A stretch of 64,000 nt of DNA, from the NCBI GenBank assembly GCA_965644295.1, contig CBFFRP010000427.1, positions 83,167 through 147,166 on the forward strand. The letters run 5' to 3'. The notes under the pieces were generated by a model that was given only the letters and a program-made list of their open reading frames with translations, made no database searches and was not told the origin of the DNA. The position numbers and the translations under genes were made by a program. Each line of letters begins with the position of its first letter. The first letter of the stretch is position 1. Of this stretch, positions 38,401 to 50,156 are shown one piece after another. The stretch is from Paraphysomonas bandaiensis (Eukaryota > Protista > Chrysophyceae).

Positions 38401-41400
38401 TCGTCGCCAAGCGAAACTCCTCCAGTGATGTACATCCCACCCGTCTGAAGAGAGACACCATCAAGAACTGTCATACCATCAACAAAAACTGTAGAACCAC
38501 CACTGATATGCAAACCGCTAGCAAGAAGTTGAGCTGTCCCTGTGCGAACTACAATACCCCCATTTTGTACCGTTGTTCCACCCGTGACTTTCATACCTGC
38601 AGAATATACAGTGGCCCCTCCTTTGACGAGAAATCCATCGGCTTCTACTGTAACGCCCCCAGCAAGTACATACAAGCCTCCAGTCGTCACTGTTTCTCCA
38701 CCTTTAATCGCCACACCACCACTATTTACCGTTACACCATCTGTAACAGTCATCCCAGATGAGTGCACAGTCAATCCACCCGCAGCTATGGACACCCCAT
38801 TGTTGAATGTACCACCACCGGACACAGTCGTCCCGCCCGTGACAACAACACCACCCGTAACTTTCAGACCACCTGCCATAATACTTGCACCAGCCGTTAC
38901 TTTAATTCCATCGGCATTTATAGATACGCCACCCTTTGTAACGTAAATTCCAGTATCATCGACAGTAAGCCCACCGGTTATTTTAATACCAGAATCATAA
39001 ATAGTCAATCCATTAGATACCTTGAGGCCTCCGCTTTCAATGGTAACACCATCGTCTTCTACAACCAATCCATCGTTCTCAATGGTGAGTCCATGCTCAG
39101 AGAGAACAAACCCAACATTGCTTACAGTATATCCACCTACAACATGCAACCCACCAGATAGAATTGAAACACCGCCACTTACTTTCATCCCGAGGGATGC
39201 TACAGTGGAGCCACCACTTGAGTATATACCACCGGAATTAACAGTAATACCGCCAGTGACTTTCATACCACCAGTATTTATCGTGGTGCCGTCGCTGACT
39301 TGGATACCTTGAGCCAAGACAGTCAAACCATCCATCTGAGCAATCAGGCCTGTATTTACCACTGTTACACCGCCAGTTACCTTCATTCCTCCAGCGGTTA
39401 CAGTCAAGCCGGTATTAGTGAGGACCACACCAGAATTTAGAGTCGTGCCGCCAGTCACATACAATCCACCTGCAGTTATCGATGCACCCCCTGCAGACAC
39501 ACGCACACCAGTGTCGACTGCAGTTACACCACCACTTACAGCCATTCCTGTGTCATAGATAGAGCCGCCACCGGTAGTACGGAGCCCACTACTTTGAATC
39601 GACATACCGCTCGCAGCTACTAACACCCCCCCAGTGGTGACAGTTATTGAACCTTTAATTTTCATACCATCATTTTCTATTGATAGTCCGTGCGAGAGAG
39701 CAAATATGCCTGCAGAAGAGATTGTCGCTCCAGATGTAACTTTCACACCTCCAGCAGCCACAGAAAGTCCTTTCTCTGTGATATACATGCCTTCGTTTTT
39801 CAGTGTAAGTCCTCCAGTAATATGAACTCCACCTGTATTAACACTCACTCCTCCTGTTATCCGCATACCACCGATGTTGACACTCATACCACCCGACACT
39901 TTAATACCCATATCAGACATTGTCGCACCATCCAATATGAATACACCATCATCATATACCGTCATGCCATCTGACACACGAAGTCCACCAGTGGCTATGG
40001 ATATTGCATTATATGCTACCAAACCATCGTTAAGAGTCACCCCGCCTGTTACTTTCATTCCTCCATCAAGGACAGTCGTACCATCAGTTACAGACACTCC
40101 CGCGCTAGCAACATTAAAACCATTGGCTGAAATGTATATACCCCCTTCGAGAACAGTCACACCACCCCTAACTTTCGAACCCTCAGCATTCACAGATATT
40201 CCACCCGTAACTGCAAAGCCATCTATAGCGACACTGACGCCTTTGGAAGTAACGTGGAGTCCACCTCCTTTCAAAACTGTTAACCCCCCTGTAACTTTCA
40301 TGCCTCCTGCAGCTACGGATATTCCTGCGGTTACTTTCAGCCCATCAGTATTGATCGAAAGCCCATTACTAACAGAAGCACCGTCAAGGGCATTCAAAGA
40401 GCCAGTTATAATATACAGTCCATCATCCCGAACGGTGACTCCACCTGTAGTATCCATACCAGAGTCCTGAATAAGCATGCCACCCAGCAGAACTTGAAGG
40501 CCGTCGTTAGCAATTGTAAGGCCTTCAGTTCTCACATAAATTCCCTCCGTGTCAACACTAATACCATCAGTAACTTTCAGACCACCAGATTCGATGGACA
40601 ATCCAACACTCGAAACTATTCCAGTGTTGACGGCGGTAATACCTCCAGTAACTTTCATACCGCCAAAATACGACGACAGTCCTTGTGTGACAACAACAAC
40701 TCCCCCAGATGTAATTGTCGCGCCACCTTGAACTTTGAAACCAGCGTTATTTACCGTGCCCCCTCCAGTGACCACAAATCCACCACCAACTGAGATTCCA
40801 TTGTTGATTTTTATTCCAGAAGTCGTAACTGTGAGGCCACCGCTATTTATATTCATACCTTCGGACTCAATAGTCGTCCCTCCTGTAACTATTATGCCTA
40901 CATTCCGTACTGACAGCCCACCCGAAATTTGAATGCCAGTTGCTGCTGCCGCAGCACCGTTAGTAGCTATCACTCTTCCAGAGTTTACTGTCAAGCCATT
41001 GGAAGTAACATACAAACCTCCAGTTGCAACAGTGGTACCTCCAGTTATCTTTAGTCCACCAGAGTGTACAGTTGTTCCACCTGTTACTTTCAAACCACCA
41101 CTCATAATAGACGCACCGGGGGTCACTGTCGCCCCTCCACTGGATATACTAAGGCCAGTGTCAGTCACTAGAATTCCACCGGTAGTAACAGTGATACCAT
41201 GCTGATCAACTAGCATTCCTCCAGTCTGTAATCGCATACGACCATTCACTGTCATACCACCACTGTTGATACTAATTCCATCAGTAGTGGTGAGACCATC
41301 ACTTAAGACACTAATACCGTCAGCTATCTTAACTCCTCCTTCTGCAATAGTACCACCTCCAGTAACAGCGACACCTCGGCTACCAATACTTAAACCGCCG

Positions 41401-44400
41401 GCGATGATAATACCGTTGACTAGAATGCTCATACCACCGTCTTGAACATAGAGACCACCAGAGTTCACTGTGACTCCATTGGTCACACCCATGCCACTGA
41501 ACAGAGTGAATTCATCATTAAAAACTGCGGCATCACTCACAGTGAGCCCGCCCGTGAGTATCATTCCATCACTCAAGATTGACATCCCTCCAGCCTGCGC
41601 ATAGATACCACCAGTGTGAACAGTTGAACCTCCAGTCACAACAAGTCCCCCCGATTGCACAGATAAGCTGCTTGTGATCTTCAGTCCACCAGAGAGGACA
41701 GTCACACCAGTAGATACTTTTAAACCATCAGCTTGTACGGATACCCCTCCTGTGGTAACGACTATTCCTCCATCATTTACTGTTAAACCTCCAGTAATCT
41801 TCACACCAGAGGAAACAACAGAAATACCATCCTGAGTCACAACAAGACCATGGTTTGATACTGTGAATCCGTTCATGGATACAATAAGTCCACCATTATC
41901 AATACTAAGACCACCACTATCGATTTCAAGACCTTCATTTCCTAAACTGACACCACCGGTTGCATAGAATCCACCTGAGAGTTGTGAAACTCCACCAGTA
42001 ACTTTTACTCCTCCTGTAAGAGCGGAAACACCACTATTCACTTTCAGCCCATCCGAATCAAGTGATAATCCACCCGAAAGAACGAATACTCCATCTGTTA
42101 AAACAGTGGCACCTCCAGTGACTTTGAGACCACCGGAGGTAACAGATACCCCCCCGCTCACCGTGGTACCTCCAGACATTATCGACATACTTCCTGTTAC
42201 AGAAATCCCCCCTGTGTGAATTGTCAGTCCACCTGAGTTTACGCTTAGACCATTGGTTACTGTCATGCCTCCAGAATTGACGGAGCTTCCGCCAGTAACG
42301 GTCGTTCCATGATTTACGATACTGAATCCACCAGACGCAATATACATACCGTCTGTATTCACAGTGTGCCCACCAGTTAAAGTCAGACCTGAGCTTTGAA
42401 CAGATGTACCTCCAGTAACCCTAAGTCCATCGTTATTAACAGTTGTTCCACCAGTTAGTTTCACGCCATCAAAATTCACTGTAAGACCATTCTTTGAAAT
42501 CTTGACACCACCGGAGTTAATAGTGTTCCCCCCAGTGACAGCCATACCACCAGCTACGACTGATACACTGCCAGTAACCTTAACACCACCCGTGTAAATA
42601 GACTGCCCACCGGTTAAGCGTAGGCCGTCTCGTTCGATAGATAGGCCACCGCCAGCAATGCTCAAGCCGTAATCATGCAGAGATGAGCCACCTGTAACTC
42701 TCATACCTCCAGAGTTAACAGAAAATGTGTTCGTTACTGCCAGACCGCCAGAACTAACCGAACCACCTCCTGTGACGCTGATTCCATGTAGTGCAACCGT
42801 CAGTCCATGTGCAACGACATAAATACCACCGTCATTCACAGTCAGTCCATTGGCTATTTTTAATCCTCCCGAACCGACAGTTGTTCCTCCTGAAACTTCG
42901 AATCCACCTGACATCACAGATAGTCCACCAGTGAGTGTAAGACCATCATCAGCAATAGATATGCCTTCGGTGCTGATGTACAAGCCACCGGTGTTTACCG
43001 TCGCTCCATCCGAAACCATCAAACCAGCAGAGTTGACCGATACACCACCAGTTGTCTTCATTCCGCCTGTGTGCACAGTGAGTCCATCAGTCACTTTCAC
43101 ACCAGCTTCGAGAACAGAAACACCACCAACGTTAACCTTCATCCCTCCCAATGAGACTGTGGTGCCACCTGCCGCGACACGTATACCATCTGCTGGTACA
43201 TGGAGTCCGTCGGTTTGAATTGTCACTCCAGTAGAGACATAAACTCCCTCTGAGAGTACACTCAGTCCAGCAGTGATCCGCATCCCCTGGCTGTTAATTG
43301 ACATCCCATCAGACAAAACTAGGCCACCAGATAATATGCTTGCTCCTTCAGCTACAGTAATGCCTTGGCTCAATATCGACATTCCTGCAGATACTTTGAG
43401 CCCCCCACCAATTGTTAGGCCTCCTTGGGCGATGTTCAGCCCACCGCGATACATCTCCATGTTTCCGCCTCCGTCAAGCTCAAAAATTGTATCTACATTA
43501 TCGCTGATCCGAAAAAAATTAATATCGGAGGTGGATGGGTTGGTGGAGGACAAATGAAGCACATTTGCTGAATAGGCAGCAGATGTGGTCTGCACATATA
43601 ATACGTCGTATACATCCGAATCCACGACTTCGATAATATTATACGAGTCGCAATTTGTATTCTCAAAGTCTTGAAAACAGCTACATACGCCACTATCAAA
43701 ATTGCATAGTCCTCTATTACTGCAGTATGCGTATTCTGTGATCATTACCATATATAAGTAATAAAAGCAATATCAACAGGGAATATATCTTACCCGGAAT
43801 GGAGCCCACAGATACATCTTGCAAGATGCATGTGGGATTGGTACCAGATGTCACCCCGCTCACATCACACTGAAATGAGGACAATGTCGGATTGCCGTTG
43901 TGGGTGTATATATTATTTTCCCATGGCTGAAGGGGGAACGACCGCAGCTGAACTGTGTACAAAGCACCGGAAAATCCGTTGATCACTCCACGGGTGCAAT
44001 TGACATCCTTGACGTTTTTCAAAGATTCAAATGCAGTCTCACATTCGAAACTTGAGAAACTATTCGCGTCGGCATTAAAGCTGAAATACTCCCCATTAAA
44101 TGTCAGCTTAATTTCTCCGTCAAGAGAGCCAGCCGAGGCCGAAGTTTCAAACGTTATTGTGCGGTAGTCAGTAGATACTGTAAATGGGTCATCACCTTTC
44201 GGACACATCCCTGCTCACATATAAGCGTGCACACAGTAAATAAGCATGTAGTTCTTACGCATGGAACAGTCCTGTCCAGTATACCCTGAGATTAAAATTT
44301 AGACGAGGGGTTACTATATACAGGCTCGGTCGTACCCATATCACATATACACCCAGTAACCTGCTCTCCCTCCCAACCATCGTAGTCACCGTCATTCCCA

Positions 44401-44949
44401 ACGGTGTAGAAGTCATATATACGTTCAATTGTTAGACAAGTTCCATGTTCACCGCAATTCCGTCCACATGATACTGTTCCATACTTTTAATTCTACATAT
44501 ACTATATACTTCATTACACAAGTACTTACTGCGCTCACAAGCTGCGCCTTCGAACCCTTCCATACATTTACAGCGACCCTTAGCAAATTTTAGACGGCAC
44601 ATAAAATTATTAAGTTATGCATACCGTATGCCGGTCACATATCCCTTGATTCGAACATTCTGTAGAGGCATGTCCCTCATTCTCTGCGCTTGCTTTGTCT
44701 GCCCACGCATAACCGGAAGGGCAAAATTCTAGCAAAACAAAACGATAAATAAAAAACACGCACTATTTGCTGCTTACGAAGTGAACAGTCCGGAACTACA
44801 TTGTATGAGTCTTCACAGGTGCACGTGTTGTCAAAATTACAGCTCCCGTGACCACGACAGTGATTCGGACACGCTGCTTGAGTTTCAATTAATCTAACAG
44901 CGAGTATGAAGAGCACTGGCAACACAATGCCAACAGACATCTTATCCAT
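29454..44949 (-). CDS. Giant secreted fibre protein (~5,062 aa): signal peptide, mastigoneme/SIG1-like EGF head, ~4,500-aa Gly-rich beta-repeat shaft, C-terminal peptidase S74 chaperone
   Basis: Exons 44949-44778, 44728-44625, 44578-44530, 44473-44336, 44285-44259, 44210-43794 and 43735-29454. All six introns are GT-AG, 46-58 nt, and the 15189 nt total stays in frame. Head CPNHCRGHGSC..CPSGYAWAD..ECSNQGICDRHTGRCKC..DCSMRMCPKGDDP; tail SDRRLKSDI..LGVIAQDVQEVLPDIV..GVKYIELIPVIVEAVRDL. Confidence 0.9.
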
Positions 44950-46790
44950 ACTTCACGACTTACTACTACATGACATGTTCCCGAATCCTCCCTATGAATA
45001 CTAGGGATGTAATATACGTCTCTTCACCTATTTTACATTCAAATGGAGCAGCTTATGCATAATTAATTGGCGTGCACTGGTATGTATGTACACAGCGGTA
45101 TATAGAGCAGATACATACATACATACATCCACCAGCTGTGGATACTATAAAATGAAAAAAGTCCGTTTTACTATGTCAGATGCTGACCATCTGGTCGAGG
45201 TATTTATGAATATCGTGTTTTCCCGATATTCCGGATATAAAATATTGAAATATACCAAAATTCTACAAAAACACGTGCAGTATGTACTGTAGGAACCTTG
45301 AGATTTCGTTGGCTTTGGATTCGCTGTGATGTGGAATGCACAGAAGCCTAGCTGCGAAGTAGATGTGCCTGCCTCCCTTTAGACGTTGTTATGTTCGTCA
45401 TATATCTATCCAGCGCTTATGTATGTCGGGGAACGATAGAAGCTTGAAGCATATGAACTTGATGCAGAAGTGATTACCTAGACGAACAACTTCACCACTT
45501 CAACACACCGCAGCCCCCCTTTGGCCATTGGCTCTCATCAATTGACTTTATTTGTCAATATTTATGAGTCCATCCGATGCAGCGACATTCAGTTGAAAGC
45601 TATACCATAATACTCATTCTATATGCTCCTGCTGCTATCATCCACTTGCTGTCATGCATGTCTTGCACATGTCGCCGCTGTAGACTTTCACCCTAAATTT
45701 CACACTTCAATACTATAAATGTATATAGGGATATATCTGTTACCATTTTTTATTATTGAGGCGTTCATGTCTGAAGTTACACATGCTATTTAATACACGT
45801 CTCGCATTGTTAGTGTCGTGCTGAGAGATATCAGAGCTAACAGGAATGAAATTTGGATAGACTATATTTTCTGGTTTGAAAGTGTTTGTTGTTTTATTTC
45901 TATTGACAGAACCATGCTTATGTATTCGGAAATATGACACTGCTGCCCGTATATAACCAGGGCCTAGGCATGATTACCCAATCCTATTTAACACTGTGTA
46001 AAGATTCTAAACATTCCTCGGTCCTCCTATTGTGATAACTTTAGCGACTTTATAACCTGAAACTATCTGTCGGAAGCTGCTTACGCAGTTATCTTATATT
46101 CAACACTTCCTCTGTTATATCAATTATACAGTGCGTTAGATAACAGACATTACTCTTCGAATTTATATATCTATGGCATCTCCAGTTGTGTTAAATCTAT
46201 GGTAATATATCTGGATTACGAAGTTACCTGGCAATAATATTATCACAACCCTTTATTTATTGCCTGCTGATATGGAGATTCATCTGTCATTATCGTAACA
46301 TGAACACCAAAGCTAACACACTGTCAAATTTTCACAACACTCATCCGTTGAGCCATAAACGGTAACGTCGTCATCGTCACCGCGCTTATTCAAACTAATT
46401 GAAATATGTATGCATCCGGCCACAAGTGTCAATTAGCTTTCAGAAACAGCATCATGGTATAAGTGTAGCAGGATGCATACTGTTGTGCAGCGCTGAGATG
46501 AAAACTTTTTTGTTCACTTTCCAGACTGATTAAATACATTTACTGATTTGGTTACTATTATCATTTGCTATACCAGTACTTGTTGCATGCATGCATATCA
46601 ATACAATGATGTAAACGATTACCCATGTTCAACATAATAAAAGCAGTAGGAGGGGGAAGAGGCGAGTCTTTATCTTTATTACCTTTGACTCCCAATGGGG
46701 ATTCTCTTCTTGATAATTTATATTTATCAAAAAACTTGAGGTATATAGTAGTTACGTAGTTAGTACATGAATCAATGTATTGTATCGCAA

Positions 46791-46843
46791 TGTTCTGGGG
46801 ATAGTACCGGAGATATTTCTCCGGGAAACTAACGTGAGCCGCA
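46791..46843 (+). mobile_element. Head fragment of the retroposon family
   Basis: gttctggggatagtaccggagatatttctccgggaaactaacgtgagccgc is a diverged reverse complement of 4237-4292. Confidence 0.6.
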
Positions 46844-47108
46844 ATTTGTGACATGAGAGATACAACAACGACATAAAAAAACATAGCTGACATTAATTAG
46901 GAAATTGAACAATTGAGGGGTGTCACACGCAATAAAAAGCAGCATCGTAATATTGCAAGAGAACAGACATACGTAATTTAGCCAATCATAAATCTGGTAG
47001 CCAAATTGATCAACCTGTGACACAAGTTTCCTCACATTTCTCATACCATGAGAACAACCGCAAACATAATTCAGTTAGCACTGCAAAAAAGTGGCGATGA
47101 AAAGAGAA

Positions 47109-49476
47109 TTAAGGTGAGAGCTCACTGAACACTACTGGGGAGTTCAGTTTCCAATCATTACCAGTACAGTTGGCTGGTTTAAGCTTGATATTCTCAATGT
47201 GCAAATCTGCAAATCACACATAAAAGCAAGAACAATTATACAAAAACATACGCACCAATCAAGACCTTTTCGATATCCCGCACATCGTAAGGCTTTTTCA
47301 GAACCACATTACCTCCACATGACGTAAATCTTTCGTTTGTATCGGGAAAGTTTTCATGAGATAACAATACTGAGGTTCCTTTAAATCCGAGCCGTCGGAG
47401 TCGCGATATGATCATGTGAGGCTTCCTGCCGGGCAGCTCGCAATGAATAAATATAACTCCAATATGTTCAGCAAGATTAATAGACTCATCCACCTCATCA
47501 ATAGTTTTCTTTTCATTGTATGTTACATCCACGCGTTGCACGCTAGCACACTGACGCAAAACATCATTCACGAGGTCGGTACTTTCGCGACACGCAGAAG
47601 CAATGACTACTCGACTCAGCTCTACATCCTTTATGGATATACTTTTCCCTGGGGGCTCCCAAAGTTGACCTTCTCTCACATCTTCACGGGAAGATAGCTC
47701 CATATACCGCTCTGAGCACATTCCATCACTAGAGGTCGCAGGTGTGACACTTCCATCGAGAACATCTAACTCTATGAAAAACACACACCCCTTTCCGTAT
47801 TCGGAGACGACACCCACGTTACCTCCATGTAAGCTGATAATAGTTTTCGATACTACAAAACCCCATTCATTACTATTATAAAACAAACAAAAAAAGGAAG
47901 AATTACGTACCCCAGATTCCCACACCGGATCCACCTGATGCCAGCATTGAAACGCTGTTCTGCATACTCTCCTTAAACATTTCTCTTTGACGCTCCGGAG
48001 GTATTCCTGGACCGGTGTCATGAATTTCAATTCGTAGTACATCTGACCGCGTTTGCCCGAAGTCGTTTCGCGCTTCCTCAGCCACACTATGCTTTAAGAA
48101 TGTAAAAACTTCCACTTTTCCTCCATCAGGAGTGAATTTAAGAGCGTTAGAGACGAGGTTGCGGATCACTTGAATAATTCTATTTTCATCAACATCAATG
48201 AAAATGCCAGTGCAACTTGGGTCAGTGTAACTCTGACCCTGATAATTCAGAGCTATATTCGCTCGCCTTGCCTGTGCAGAAAAAAAATCACAAAAAGAAG
48301 TATATCATAACCGTCTACCATAAACTGCATGGGGCCCATTGCTTTGACGACCAAGTCCACCGCTTTGACGGATTGGCGATATATGGTCAACGCATTCTCT
48401 TCTATTTCGTCCAGGATTAGCATATCATCCAACACACGATCCACAAGTGCACATGATTTCTTAATATCCTCTATGACGCCAACTAAATCTAGCGCCTCTG
48501 GGATTTTGCTCCCCATTGCGGTGGCGACATCGAGTCCCATGTACACAGTATCAAGAGTACTACGAACTTCACGGGAGAGGTATTTCACGAATCTCTTCTT
48601 TAAAGAAAATAAATTCTGCAAGATCGTTAGATACGCCAGCGGATAAAGTGTTCCTACCTCTGCATTAGCTTTTTCTTTTCGTGCAATGTGCGCAGGAATC
48701 ACAGCTCCAAGAACACTGATTATAGCGTCAATGAAGGTATTGTTACCAATGAAGAAGTAAAGCTTCCCCATGTTTATAGCACTATTTGGGTCAGGGTTTT
48801 CAAATAACAATTTCATGGAAATTCTTGCTATAAGGCTTATTAAAAGCAGGAGTGAATAGTAATGCGCATACTGAGCTAGACCGCTAACAGATCGGTTGTC
48901 ACGTTTAGTCATCACATCTTCCCACACTTTATACAGCACGACTGATAAGAAGACAGCAACCCACACAAGGTAAAGAATAGTAGACACTGTATATATTGCG
49001 GGTAATTCAGGATAATAAGGAAACCACCCGCGGAGTAGTAAATCACCACAGGCTAAAATTATTCCAAATGAGTACACGCGCTTCGCAAATGTAGAATAAT
49101 ACTCTACATCGTGGTACATATGACTCATCAGAGCCGCCCGAATAAGTATGTTTTTAGCAATGTGACTGCAGAGAAACAACGCCTGTGATGAAGATTGAAA
49201 ATACATCACAGCACTGGGCACGAGGAGGCTTATAATATGAGTAAATCTCGGCAGAGTAATCGTATGAGGCAGATTTAAATCAAGCAGAGCCTCCAGCATG
49301 ATAGGTACAGTAACAGACATAGACACCAATTCTGCGACCATCGCATACTCGAACGCACTATCGGATACCTCTTGATGAAATCTATAGCCGAGAAAATATG
49401 GAAGATAAGCAAAAAAAGCTGCTGTGACTGCCAGAGATAAAAACAAATACAGTGAGAGACTGTCTCCTCGACGCAT
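47109..49476 (-). CDS. Multi-pass membrane hybrid histidine kinase-like protein (HisKA-HATPase-receiver) with degenerate phospho-sites; introns 48616-48657, 48272-48318, 47853-47910, 47207-47255
   Basis: Several hydrophobic helices, then KKRFVKYLSREVRSTLD (H-box position), QVIRNLVSNALKFTP (N-box), DTGPGI (G1), GSGVGIW|VSKTIISLHGG (G2) and a receiver ending VLKKPY. The start codon is inferred. Confidence 0.85.
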
Positions 49477-49673
49477 ACTAATAACGATACGAGAGAAGAG
49501 GAAAGGGGGGTTAACAGAAATAAGAGAGACGGACACGGATCCGTATATTATATATATATAGAGAGAGAGCTTTAAGAGGTGAAGTACATGTCCGATACAC
49601 ACCAAAAATTACCATTCCATGTCTGCCAACACAACAATACATCTCTGCGTATCTAGAATAAGTGCTGTCGTAC

Positions 49674-50105
49674 GTATGTATGTATGTATGTATGTATGTA
49701 TGTATGTATGTATGTATGTATGTATGTATGTATGTATGTATGTATGTATGTATGTATGTATGTATGTATGTATTTATGTATGTATGTATGTATGTATGTA
49801 TGTATGTATGTATGTATGTATGTATGTATGTATGTATGTATGTATGTATGTATGTATGTATGTATGTATGTATGTATGTATGTATGTATGTATGTATGTA
49901 TGTATGTATGTATGTATGTATGTATGTATGTATGTATGTATGTATGTATGTATGTATGTATGTATGTATGTATGTATGTATGTATGTATGTATGTATGTA
50001 TGTATGTATGTATGTATGTATGTATGTATGTATGTATGTATGTATGTGTATGTATGTATGTATGTATGTATGTATGTATGTATGTATGTATGTATGTATG
50101 TATGT
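49674..50105. repeat. (GTAT)n microsatellite, ~430 bp
   Basis: Directly visible, with two small interruptions. Confidence 0.98.
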
Positions 50106-50156
50106 GGTTAAGGTCAGATGTTCACTGCTTAAGTTAGATTGCGATCATATACTTAG

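Noticed and set aside
29800-43557. Dozens of Pro/Thr-rich plus-strand ORFs
   Set aside because: They are the antisense shadow of the Gly/Val/Thr codons of the giant gene (GGN reads as NCC).
27492-44949. Giant gene as a prophage or endogenous virus, or as hAT cargo
   Set aside because: No capsid, packaging ATPase or polymerase genes are nearby. The gene has spliceosomal introns and a signal peptide, and the hAT element closes with its own TSD at 29023.
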